64,000 bases of DNA, taken from Angustibacter luteus. Its GTDB lineage: Bacteria; Actinomycetota; Actinomycetes; Actinomycetales; Angustibacteraceae. The translations under genes and the position numbers were made by a program. Under the pieces are notes generated by a model that saw only the letters and a program-made list of their open reading frames with translations, was not told the origin of the DNA and did no database searches. Positions 9,744 to 20,005 of the stretch are shown piece after piece (the first letter of the stretch is position 1; every line of letters begins with the position of its first letter). The stretch spans positions 124,001-188,000 of the forward strand of contig NZ_BAABFP010000008.1 of the NCBI RefSeq assembly GCF_039541115.1. Reading direction: 5' to 3'.

Positions 9744-9792
9744 ATTCCACAGGGGTTGTCCACGGGAGACTCTCTTGTCCCCACTGTCCACA
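9744..9792 (+). repeat. Cluster of DnaA-box-like motifs
   Basis: TTCCACAG, TTGTCCACG (9756), TTGTCCCCA (9775) and CTGTCCACA (9784), compared with the actinobacterial box TTGTCCACA. Confidence 0.4.
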
Positions 9793-9815
9793 GATCCGTT
9801 GCGGGGCAGTGGTTC

Positions 9816-9843
9816 TGTCGGTCAGGTCGCCTAGATTCGAGGC
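9816..9843 (+). promoter_or_regulatory. PafBC-type (RecA-NDp) DNA-damage promoter, leaderless
   Basis: TGTCGG(9816)-N10-TAGATT(9832-9837)-N6-ATG(9844) is an exact fit to TGTCGG-N10-TA-N3-T. Confidence 0.7.
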
Positions 9844-11216
9844 ATGACCGCAGACCTGGACGACCCGCCCGACGCCGCGCTCGCGGCGTTGGCCGGGGTG
9901 TTGTCCGGGCTCGACGACGTGGGTGCGATACCCGACTGGCAGGTCTCGGACGACGCCCTGGCCCAGGCCGTCGCCGGCCTGGAACGGGTCATGCGGCTCG
10001 CCTCGGCCCAGCAACTGCGCCTGGCCGCCGAGGCCGGTGCGCGGGGGCTACCTGGCCGGCGCGGGCACGCCCGCCTGGAGCACTGGATCCGGGAGCAGGT
10101 CCCCACCACCAGCCCGCGAGTGGCCTCGGCGCAGGCCCGGCGCGCGGAGCGGCTGTTCACCAGCGCGGTCGCGGCCGACCTGGCGCCGACCCGGGAGGCG
10201 CTGCTGGCCGGGCAGGTCAGCGGTGACCAGGCCGACGTGGTGGCCCGCACCATCCAGGTGCTGGTGCCGCCGGTCGTGCCGGCCGGGGTGGTCCCCGACG
10301 TCGCCGTGGTCGAGGGGCAGGAGTTCCTGCTCGAGCAGGCCCGGGTCTTCGAACCGGGCCAGCTGAACCGCCTCGCCACCCACCTGCGGCACCGCCTGGA
10401 CCCCGACGCCGACGACCGCCTCGCCCGCGACGAGCACGCCCAGCACCGGGCCCGCACCCTCACCCTCGCGCCCACCCTGTCCGGGATGGTGCACCTCCAA
10501 GGACTCCTCACCCCCGCCTGCGGCGCCGCGCTGCGCACCGCCATCGACGCCTGGTCCGCACCCCAACCCGCCGCAGACGGCACGCCCGATCCACGCAGCG
10601 CGGCCCAACGCCGCCATGACGGCCTGCAGCAGCTCGCCGAACGCGCCATCGGCTCCGACCAGCTCCCCAGCACCCACGGTTCCCCCTACCGGATCGTGGT
10701 CACCGTCCCCCACCAGACCCTCACTGCCGCGGCGCAGCACGAGCCGGTGGCCGGGCTGGCGCCCGCGACCCTGCCCGACGGCACCCCGATCTCCTCCACC
10801 GCGCTGGCCACCTCAGCTGCGACGCCGACCTGCTCCCGATCCTGATCGACCACCTCGGCAACCCCCTCGACGTTGGCGAGACCCAACGCCTGTTCCCACC
10901 CAAGCAACGCGCCGCCATCGCCCACCGCGACCAGCACTGCACCTACCCCGGCTGCCAGGCCCCACCCCCCTGGTGCGACGCCCACCACCTCATCCCGTTC
11001 TCCGAAGGGGGCCCTACCAGCGTTCACAACGGGGCGCTCCTCTGCGGACGCCACCACCGCCACGTCCACGCCACCGGCCAGACCGGACACCTCCTCGACG
11101 GCCAGATCCACTGGGGCACCAGCCCACCCGACGCACCGCCGGCAGCGAGCGTCACCCGCGCCACCCGACTCCTCGACGACCTCACCCGCCGATGGCGCGC
11201 GCCCCGACCGCCGTGA
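9844..11216 (+). pseudogene. DUF222 + HNH endonuclease protein (13E12/Rv1128c-like), frameshifted near 10811
   Basis: DUF222 motifs include RSAAQRRHDGL and IVVTVPHQTL. After ALAT the sequence continues in another frame as SCDADLLPIL..PLDVGETQRLF..RDQHCTYPGC..WCDAHH..GGPTSVHNGALLCGRHH, to TGA at 11214-11216. Confidence 0.85.
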
Positions 11217-11222
11217 CCCGCG

Positions 11223-12032
11223 CTACTGCGCGGCGATCTTCAGGCGTGCCCGCAGCCGGGTCAGCACGGCCTCGTTCCCGGACTCCTCGGTCACTCCCGT
11301 GAGCTCGGCCGGCCGGCCCCACAGGTGCAGGTCCAGCGCGAAGGCGTCCCCGGACAGGCGCGCGTCGGCCGACGACCCGGACTCGACCAGCGTCACGGTC
11401 TGCGCGCCATCCGGCAGGTCAACGAGCCAGCCGCCACCGTCACCGTCACCGTCACCGTCACCGCCGAAGTCGACCAGCACACTCCCGGCAGTGCCGTCGT
11501 CCGCGCCGTCCGACGTGAGGACGTCGGGGTCACCGGCCATCCACGTCAGGATCTCGTTGATCCCGTCGACCGCCAGCCCCTCGGCGGCCGGTGCGAGGGG
11601 TCGGCCCAGCACGGACTCGGCGTCCACCCGGTGCACCAGCGCCTCGTGCGCCATCCGGCGCGCCCAGGCGCCGGTGGTCGCCTCGCCGACGCCCTCCATC
11701 CACGTCCAGCAGGCGGAGTCCGGGCCGAGCTCGGCCAGCAGTGCGGCGAGCTCGGCGCGGACGCTGTCGTGCCAGTCCAGCGCGGTCGCCTGATCCATCG
11801 CGTCCGCCAGGGTCCACTCCCCCGGGTGCAGCGACCGTCCCAGGCGCAGCACCGCGACCTTGTGCGAGTAGACGTCGCACACGTGCCGGAGCAGGTCCAG
11901 CGCCGTCCAGCCGGGGCAGGTCGGCACCGGCGCGTCCGGTGCCGCCTCGCCGAGGAGCAGCGCCATGCGGTCACCGTCGGCGCGGTACGACGCAAGGTAC
12001 TGCTGGTGGCTCAGCCAGCCCGGGAAGCCCAC
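11223..12032 (-). CDS. Mycothiol-dependent maleylpyruvate isomerase (MDMPI) family protein
   Basis: VPTCPGWTALDLLRHV and WARRMAHEALVHRVDAE motifs. Confidence 0.85.
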   Translation of the reverse strand: MGFPGWLSHQQYLASYRADGDRMALLLGEAAPDAPVPTCPGWTALDLLRHVCDVYSHKVAVLRLGRSLHPGEWTLADAMDQATALDWHDSVRAELAALLAELGPDSACWTWMEGVGEATTGAWARRMAHEALVHRVDAESVLGRPLAPAAEGLAVDGINEILTWMAGDPDVLTSDGADDGTAGSVLVDFGGDGDGDGDGGGWLVDLPDGAQTVTLVESGSSADARLSGDAFALDLHLWGRPAELTGVTEESGNEAVLTRLRARLKIAAQ

Positions 12033-13520
<1,488 letters not shown>

Positions 13521-13653
13521 GGAGGGCCTCTCGGGACGGCCGGGCGGGGATCCGATCAGGGCCGGCGACGCTGCCGGGCGACGCACATGCTGCCAGAAGG
13601 ACGTCGGCCGCGGCAGGGGGGTCTGCGACCGGCCCAGGGCCTACCCTGGAGGG

Positions 13654-13914
13654 GTGCCAACCGACTCCGAGCCGCTCGCTCCCATCGCCGTGGACACCGT
13701 CCGCATCGTGCTGATCGGCACGGCCTGCTGGGTGGTCGCGCTCGTCCTCACCCTGGTCGTCCCCGCCCTGCACAGCGGGGACCGCGACTGGTGGCCGTGG
13801 GCCTGCGTGTCCGGTCTGGTCCTGGGGCTGGTGGGTCTGGCCTACCTGCTGCGCGGTCGGGGCAACGCGGCCGGCGCCCGCGGTCAGGGCTCCGAGACGG
13901 TTCCGTCGAAGTAG
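13654..13914 (+). CDS. DUF2530-family small membrane protein (Rv0879c-like)
   Basis: Two TM helices, IGTACWVVAL..WWPWACVSGLVLGLVG. GTG start follows GGAGG. Confidence 0.75.
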   Translation: MPTDSEPLAPIAVDTVRIVLIGTACWVVALVLTLVVPALHSGDRDWWPWACVSGLVLGLVGLAYLLRGRGNAAGARGQGSETVPSK

Positions 13915-16832
13915 AAGAACGGACGACCGCGGGTCGCGAGGTTCTGCACCCCGATCGTGTGGAACCCGCTGCGCACGGTCTTGCGGAAGATCAGCACCCG
14001 GCGCTGCACGGTCGGGGCGTACGTGTCCACCACGTACCCGCGACCGCCGTCGACGAAGATGCGCACCTTGCCGCACGTGGGACAGCGGGTGGCCAGCACC
14101 CGCACCAGCCGGGAGTCGAGGTCCTCGAACGTGATCACGTACGCGGTCGCGTTGTTGGCCCGGTGCTGCGAGCTCATGAACGCCCCGGCCACGTGCTGCG
14201 CCGACCACGACCCGGAGTAGGTGTTGGCCGGGTAGCCGTACCGCCGGCTGGCGTCGTCCAGCGGGATGTTCACCGTGCGGATCGCCGACCACGGTCCGAC
14301 CGCGCCACCGTCGGCGACCGCCCGGACCCGGAACTGCCAGTGCCGCGTGGTCGGCTCGTAGGTGCGCGGGTCGAACGTCCGGCCGCTGGCGGCGGTCTGC
14401 GCCCACGTGGTCCACGAGTTCCAGTACTGCTCGAGCGGTGCCGCGTACAGGGACCGGGTCTGCACCTCGTAGGTGATCCGGGACCAGGCGGGCTGTGCGG
14501 TCGTCGTCCGCCAGCTGACCGGGACCAGGCCGGACGACGACGCCGTGGTCGACACCTCGGGTGCCGTGAGGGCGGCGACCGGGCGAGACCGTCGCAGGGC
14601 GACCGATCCGGTCAACGGGCCCTTGAGGCTGGTGACGTCGGTGCCGCGGGCCGTCTGCGCGCTCACCCGCCAGGTGTACAGGCCGTCCGGGGCGGGCCCG
14701 CCGCCGTCCAGCAGCCCGTCCCACGTCACCTCGATCCGCCCGGCGGTCCCCGCATCGGCGAAGTGGCGTACCACCTGGGAGCCGGACAGCAGGTCGACCG
14801 TGACCGGTCCGAGCGTGGGCACCGACGTGGTCACGTGCAGGGTCCAGCGGTCCTGGTTGCCGTCGCCGTTGGGCGAGAACCCGGTCGGCGCACTCAGGTC
14901 GACCGGGACGACCCGAGACGCTCGGCCCAGCGGCAGCGGCGCGACGCGGACCCGGAGGTCCGCGCCCACCCACGCCAGCCGGCCGTCGCGCAGCTCGACC
15001 GCGCGGACATCCGGGTTACGCCTCGCGACCGCCACGTCGACCGGCACCGGGTCGGCCGCCCGCAGGTCCATCACCCGCAGCACGCCGACCCCGGAACCGG
15101 AACCGGCGCCGTCGGGCGACGGGTCGACCCAGGCGACCACGCCGTCCTCGACGGCGAGCGCCGGCGGCTTCGCCGACCCGGACGCCGGCAGGGCCGGCGC
15201 GGTGCGGACCAAGGCCCCGGTCAGCGTGCGGATCTGCAGGGGTCCGGTGGTGGGCTGCACCAGGAGCTGGTCGCCCCACAGGCCCAGCTGCGCCGGGCAG
15301 CCGGCGGTGCAGGCCGGCGGGACCACCCGGACCGGCGGCCAGTGCAGCGGGTCGCTCCGCAGCACCTCGCCCCTCGTCGTCCCCCAGACCGCCTCGTTGC
15401 CCCACACGACGGCCGTGACGGCGCCCTCGAGGTCAGGGCCGATCGGCCCCTCGTCCCAGCCCACCCAGCTGTTCCCGAGCACCACCGCGTCGCCGGCGCC
15501 CTCAGGGTGGACGTCGTCGCCGTAGCCCAACCAGCCCCGAGGGCTCGACCCCGAGGTCAGGTCCACCACCGCGGACGCTCCCCCAGCCTGCACGACCACG
15601 TGCGAGTCGACCGCGGCCAGCCGAACCGGGAAGGACGACGGCTTGGGCAGCACCCGCGCGGGACCGATCGTCCCGTCCGCGCCCACCGGCTGCGACGAGA
15701 TCTCGCTCGAGCGCGTCCCGGCCGTGACCTCCACCGCGAGGTTCAGGCCGTCGAAGGCGAAGGCCCCGACCGGGCGGACCGGCGGCCGCAGGTCCCCGAT
15801 CCGGGTGGGCACCCCGGTGGCGGACACCCGGTAGATCCCGGTCCGCTCCACCGGCCACCGTGCCGCCATGACGACGTCAGTGCCGTCCGGGACGACGGAA
15901 GCGGCGTTGAGCCCGACGTCGACCACGCCGGTCAGGTCGGCGCGCGCGACCCGGGCGAAGGTCGGGTCGCTGTCGGGTGTCGTCGACCCCGGTCGGGTGC
16001 CGACCCAGGCGGTGACTCCCGGCGTGATCGCGAGCTGGCGGACGTCGGGCGCCTCGACCGACACGGGTGACCCGCCGACCTTCGCGACCCGGTGGACCAG
16101 CGCTGGCTCCGCCGGAAAGGTGCCGCTCGCGACGTGCGCCGGCGTGTACCAGGCCACGTCGTCGCCGGCGACCGCCGCGAGCTGGGGCTGGACCTGGTCG
16201 CTCGCCACGACGACGGGGGTCGTGCCGTCGAACGGCACCCAGGCGACGAGGCCCTGCAGGGTCAGGGCGACCCCGTCGGCATCGGCTGCACCCAAGCTGC
16301 TCAGCGTGGAGGGCAAGATGCAGCCGCACACCAGCGGCACCGTCGACCCGTCGCCCAGGTGCCGGCGCAGCTGGCCGGTCGGGCGGTCGAGCTCGACCCA
16401 GCCGTCCGGGGTCGCGGCTACGACGCTCACTCCGGAGGGCAGCGCGGCCACCGTCCGGGTCTCGAGGTCGAGCGAGTACCAGGCCGATCCGCGTCCCCTG
16501 GCCAGGACGTGGCTCGCGGAGACCGAGCTGGTCAACGTCGTGGTGTCGCCCTTCACGATGGTGCGCACGTCGGGCCCGACACCGTCGTGCCACCAGAGCG
16601 ACCAGGTGCCGCTGTCGTCCGGCTGCCACAGCAGCTGCTGGCCGCCGTGGCTCGCGACCACGGTCGAGCCCAGGCCCCGGGCCAGCTGGGCGGGGAGGAC
16701 GACGGTGCCAGGCGGGTCGTCGGGTGGCGCCGCCGGCGCCGCGACGGAGGGCACCGCGATGAGCAGCGTGGCGAGCACCGCGCTGACCACGGCACCGATG
16801 ACGGTCAGCGCTGACGCCGGTCCCCGTCTCAT
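13884..16832 (-). CDS. Large secreted protein, paralogue C (propeller-like repeats, FlgD-Ig, FN3-like, CPxCG C-terminal domain)
   Basis: MRRGPASALTVIG...VAA signal peptide, FSPNGDGNQDRW, WDGLLDGGGPAPDGLYTW and TRCPTCGKVRI. ATGA-coupled to paralogue B. Confidence 0.8.
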   Translation of the reverse strand: MRRGPASALTVIGAVVSAVLATLLIAVPSVAAPAAPPDDPPGTVVLPAQLARGLGSTVVASHGGQQLLWQPDDSGTWSLWWHDGVGPDVRTIVKGDTTTLTSSVSASHVLARGRGSAWYSLDLETRTVAALPSGVSVVAATPDGWVELDRPTGQLRRHLGDGSTVPLVCGCILPSTLSSLGAADADGVALTLQGLVAWVPFDGTTPVVVASDQVQPQLAAVAGDDVAWYTPAHVASGTFPAEPALVHRVAKVGGSPVSVEAPDVRQLAITPGVTAWVGTRPGSTTPDSDPTFARVARADLTGVVDVGLNAASVVPDGTDVVMAARWPVERTGIYRVSATGVPTRIGDLRPPVRPVGAFAFDGLNLAVEVTAGTRSSEISSQPVGADGTIGPARVLPKPSSFPVRLAAVDSHVVVQAGGASAVVDLTSGSSPRGWLGYGDDVHPEGAGDAVVLGNSWVGWDEGPIGPDLEGAVTAVVWGNEAVWGTTRGEVLRSDPLHWPPVRVVPPACTAGCPAQLGLWGDQLLVQPTTGPLQIRTLTGALVRTAPALPASGSAKPPALAVEDGVVAWVDPSPDGAGSGSGVGVLRVMDLRAADPVPVDVAVARRNPDVRAVELRDGRLAWVGADLRVRVAPLPLGRASRVVPVDLSAPTGFSPNGDGNQDRWTLHVTTSVPTLGPVTVDLLSGSQVVRHFADAGTAGRIEVTWDGLLDGGGPAPDGLYTWRVSAQTARGTDVTSLKGPLTGSVALRRSRPVAALTAPEVSTTASSSGLVPVSWRTTTAQPAWSRITYEVQTRSLYAAPLEQYWNSWTTWAQTAASGRTFDPRTYEPTTRHWQFRVRAVADGGAVGPWSAIRTVNIPLDDASRRYGYPANTYSGSWSAQHVAGAFMSSQHRANNATAYVITFEDLDSRLVRVLATRCPTCGKVRIFVDGGRGYVVDTYAPTVQRRVLIFRKTVRSGFHTIGVQNLATRGRPFFYFDGTVSEP

Positions 16833-19800
16833 CGGACCTGGAAGGCGATGGCGTCGAGGTAGAGGTAGGGCCGACCCCGGGTTGCCAGGTTCTGGACCTC
16901 GACCAGGTGGACGGCGAGCGAGCGGGTGCTCTGGTACACCGAGACCCGGCGCCGCACGCTGCGCGAGTAGGTGTCCACGGTCAGCCAGGGGCCCCGGTCG
17001 ACGCGGATCCGCACCTTGCCGCACTGCGGGCAGGTCGTCACCAGCACCCGGACCCGGTTCGACTTCTGCCAGGGCTTGGACCAGGCCACCCCGTCGGGCC
17101 GCCCCGACCGGTGCTGGGTCCCCATGAACGCGCCGCTGACGTGCTGGGCCACCCAGGCTCCCGCCTGCCCGTCGTACTGGACCTGGTAGCGCGTGGAGTC
17201 GTCGAAGGGGATCGTCATGGTCGACCAGGGTGACCAGGCTCCGGCGACCTCCCCCGCGACCACCGCCCGTGCCCGGAACCGCCACACCCGCGCCCCGACC
17301 CCGTTGCAGCGGTTCGGGTTGAAGGTGAGGTGGGTGCTGGTGGTCACCAGCAGCTCGCAGCCCAGGTCCCAGCGCACGGCCGGCGACGCGTCGCCCCACG
17401 GCTGGACGTCGACCTCGTAGCGGGCCGGCGGCGACCAGCTCGGCTGCGGCGTGGTCGGCCGCCAGCTGATCGGCACCAACGCGGACGACGACACCGTCGT
17501 GCTGACCTCGGGCACGGACAGCACGACGGCGGGCGCGGTCCGGCGGAGCACCACCGTGCCCGTGGCGGCGGGCGTGGTCGTGCCCCCGTTGCTCCGGCCG
17601 GTCAGCTGCCACCGGTAGGCACCCTCGGCGGCCGGCTGCCCGGCGTCCGTGGTGCCGTCCCAGTCCAGGTCGATGCGCGCGTCGGCGGCAGAGGTGGTGA
17701 CGGTGCGGACCGCGGTGCCGTCGCCCGCCCGGATGGTCAGCGTCACCGCGTCGAGGGGCTGGGTGCCGGTGGCGTGCACCGACCAGGTGTCGAAGGCGCC
17801 GTCGCCGTTGGGTGACAGGACCGTCCCGGCCGTGAGCCCGAGCAGCCCGACGGCCGGCGCGCGGGTGATCGGGGAGGCCGCGAGCCGCAGTCCGCGGTCC
17901 TGGGCGGACACCCAGGCGAGGCGTCCGCCGCGCAGCTGCACGGCGCGGACGCCGGGATCCCGGCGGGCCCGGGCGACGTCGGTCGGCTGCGGGTCGGCGA
18001 CGGTCAGGTCCATGACGCGCAGTACGCCGTTGCGGCCCGCGGTCTGCTCGACCCAGGCGAGCACGCCGTCCTCGAGCGTCAGCGCGGGCGGGTTGGCCGT
18101 GTCGGCCGCCGGGATCGCGGGCAGGGTCCGGACCAGGCCGCTGTCGGACGTGCGCCGGACCTGCAACGAGCCGACCAGCGGCTGGACCACCAGGACGTCC
18201 CCCCAGATCCCGACCAGGGCGGGGCAGTCGGCCGCGCAGGCGGCCGAGAGCACCTCCTGCGCGGCGGCACCACCGGTCTGCCGCCACACCTGGCCGCGGC
18301 TGGTCGACCACACCACGGTGCGGTCGAACACCGCCCAGGTCACGGCGCCGGGCAGCGTCGTGCCGCCACTCGGGTGGTCGGGCGTGGTGAGCCTGCCCTG
18401 GACGACCGCGGTGTCGGCGGACACCTCGGCCAGCGCCGGACCGGAACCGTTGACCCAGCTCTGCGAACCGCTCGGGTGGGTGAGGTCGACGTCGTCGGTG
18501 GCCGACGTGGATGCCAGGACCGCACGGCCGGCGTCCACTGCGACAGCGAACGACTCCGTGGGGTACTGACCCTGGACCTGCACCGGCTGGCCGAGGGTCC
18601 CGGCGCTGCTGACCGTGCGCGACGTCGTCTCGCTCCGGAAGGTCTGCCGCTCATTGGGTACGCGGTCGTCCACCAGGTGCCTGCCGTCGAACGCAAACCC
18701 CCGCACCGGTTGCGCCGGTGAGGTCGTGGCCGCTAGCACGGTGGGCTCCCCGACGGCCGAGACCCGGTACAGGCCGGCGTCGGCGATGGGCAGCTCGTCG
18801 ACCATCACCACGTGGTCGCCCTCGGCCGCCATCGAGGTCGCGTTCATCCCGCTGAGCTTCGTGGCACCGGACAGGTCGGCGCCGGCCCGGTAGGCGACCC
18901 GGTTGCTGCCGTCGCCGGGGATCACCACGACGGAGGTGCGTCCGATCCAGTAGGTGGCATCGGGGGTGATCGCCGTCTGGTCGATCTGCTCGAAGGTGTT
19001 GGGCAGCGCGAGCGTGCGGTCGTCGCCGCCGGTGCGCCGCACCCGGTGGATCGTCGGCAGCAGCGCGGGTGCGGTGTCGGTGGCCGCCACGGCCGCGGTC
19101 TGCCAGGCGGCGTCCGCGCCGGCCAGGCTGAAGCCGAAGGGCACCCCGCGGGTCGTGGCCAGCAGCGTCGTGGGGCCGCCGTCGAAGGGGATGTACCGCA
19201 CCCCGGTCTGGGCCGGGTCGGACGCGAAGGCCACCAGCACCATCCCGTCGCTGTCGGCTGCCGCCACGGCGGCCCGGCCGAACGGGTTGCCGCTCGTCTG
19301 CGCATTGGTCAGCGTGAAGTCCAGGGTCAGCGTGCTGGTCGCACCACCCTCGACCACGCGCTGCAGCACCGGCGTCGGGCTGCGGACCAGCTTGACCCAG
19401 CCGTCCGGCGTCGCGGTCACCAGGTCGGAGATCGCGACCTGCGTGACCGTCCGGGTGTCGAGGTGGATGGAGTACGTCCGCACCGTCGTGGTGCCCACCA
19501 GCCGGGCCAGCACGTGCGGGCCGGACACCGAGATCGCGTTGCCCTGCACCAGGCAGGTCCCGGGGCCCAGCGCGAGCTCGCTGGGCACCGGAGCCGCATC
19601 GTCCGTCTGCCACCACAACCGGCACTCGCCGTCCAGATCGGGCTGGAGCAGTGCCCGGGTTCCGGCGTACGCGCCGAGCACGGACCGGCCCGCCGGGGAG
19701 AGCTGCGCCACCCGCGGCACCCGGACCGTCCCGGCCGGGTCGGTGACCGTCGGGTCGGGGGCGGCGTAGCCGGGTGAGCCGTCCGCCGGCAGGGCGGCGG

Positions 19801-19879
19801 CGGGTCGAGCCGCGAGGGGCACGATGGCGCCGACGACGACCGCGGCCAGGGCGGCGAAGGTGACCACGGGACGGCGCAA
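16829..19879 (-). CDS. Large secreted protein, paralogue B
   Basis: TTG start after AGGAG gives the signal peptide MRRPVVTFAALAAVVVGAIVPLAARPAAA. Motifs LSPNGDGAFDTW, WDGTTDAGQPAAEGAYRW and TTCPQCGKVRI. Confidence 0.8.
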   Translation of the reverse strand: MRRPVVTFAALAAVVVGAIVPLAARPAAALPADGSPGYAAPDPTVTDPAGTVRVPRVAQLSPAGRSVLGAYAGTRALLQPDLDGECRLWWQTDDAAPVPSELALGPGTCLVQGNAISVSGPHVLARLVGTTTVRTYSIHLDTRTVTQVAISDLVTATPDGWVKLVRSPTPVLQRVVEGGATSTLTLDFTLTNAQTSGNPFGRAAVAAADSDGMVLVAFASDPAQTGVRYIPFDGGPTTLLATTRGVPFGFSLAGADAAWQTAAVAATDTAPALLPTIHRVRRTGGDDRTLALPNTFEQIDQTAITPDATYWIGRTSVVVIPGDGSNRVAYRAGADLSGATKLSGMNATSMAAEGDHVVMVDELPIADAGLYRVSAVGEPTVLAATTSPAQPVRGFAFDGRHLVDDRVPNERQTFRSETTSRTVSSAGTLGQPVQVQGQYPTESFAVAVDAGRAVLASTSATDDVDLTHPSGSQSWVNGSGPALAEVSADTAVVQGRLTTPDHPSGGTTLPGAVTWAVFDRTVVWSTSRGQVWRQTGGAAAQEVLSAACAADCPALVGIWGDVLVVQPLVGSLQVRRTSDSGLVRTLPAIPAADTANPPALTLEDGVLAWVEQTAGRNGVLRVMDLTVADPQPTDVARARRDPGVRAVQLRGGRLAWVSAQDRGLRLAASPITRAPAVGLLGLTAGTVLSPNGDGAFDTWSVHATGTQPLDAVTLTIRAGDGTAVRTVTTSAADARIDLDWDGTTDAGQPAAEGAYRWQLTGRSNGGTTTPAATGTVVLRRTAPAVVLSVPEVSTTVSSSALVPISWRPTTPQPSWSPPARYEVDVQPWGDASPAVRWDLGCELLVTTSTHLTFNPNRCNGVGARVWRFRARAVVAGEVAGAWSPWSTMTIPFDDSTRYQVQYDGQAGAWVAQHVSGAFMGTQHRSGRPDGVAWSKPWQKSNRVRVLVTTCPQCGKVRIRVDRGPWLTVDTYSRSVRRRVSVYQSTRSLAVHLVEVQNLATRGRPYLYLDAIAFQVR

Positions 19880-20005
19880 CGTTGCTCCTGGACGTCGAAC
19901 TCGCTGGCCCCGCGGGAACGTGGCCGCGCGCACTCTAGCCACCCGGCGGCCCCCGTGGGAACAAGTCGGACGGAGCGTGCCCCGTCCGGCCCGCTGACGC
20001 AGCGG

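Noticed and set aside
11431..11466. Short in-frame repeats: (GD)n in MDMPI, PTASE in CoxG (~52820-52872), SPDV in XdhC (~58147-58178), poly-Q in the kinase
   Set aside because: These are low-complexity linker expansions in multiples of 3, with no sign of phase variation.
13521..13653. Purine/xanthine riboswitch upstream of the NCS2 permease
   Set aside because: No recognisable aptamer consensus in this short divergent spacer.
16833..18311. Apparent 1475-aa version of paralogue C, suggesting a fusion or frameshift with paralogue B
   Set aside because: The extension is an off-frame reading of paralogue B. A signal peptide begins at ATG 16832 with an ATGA overlap.
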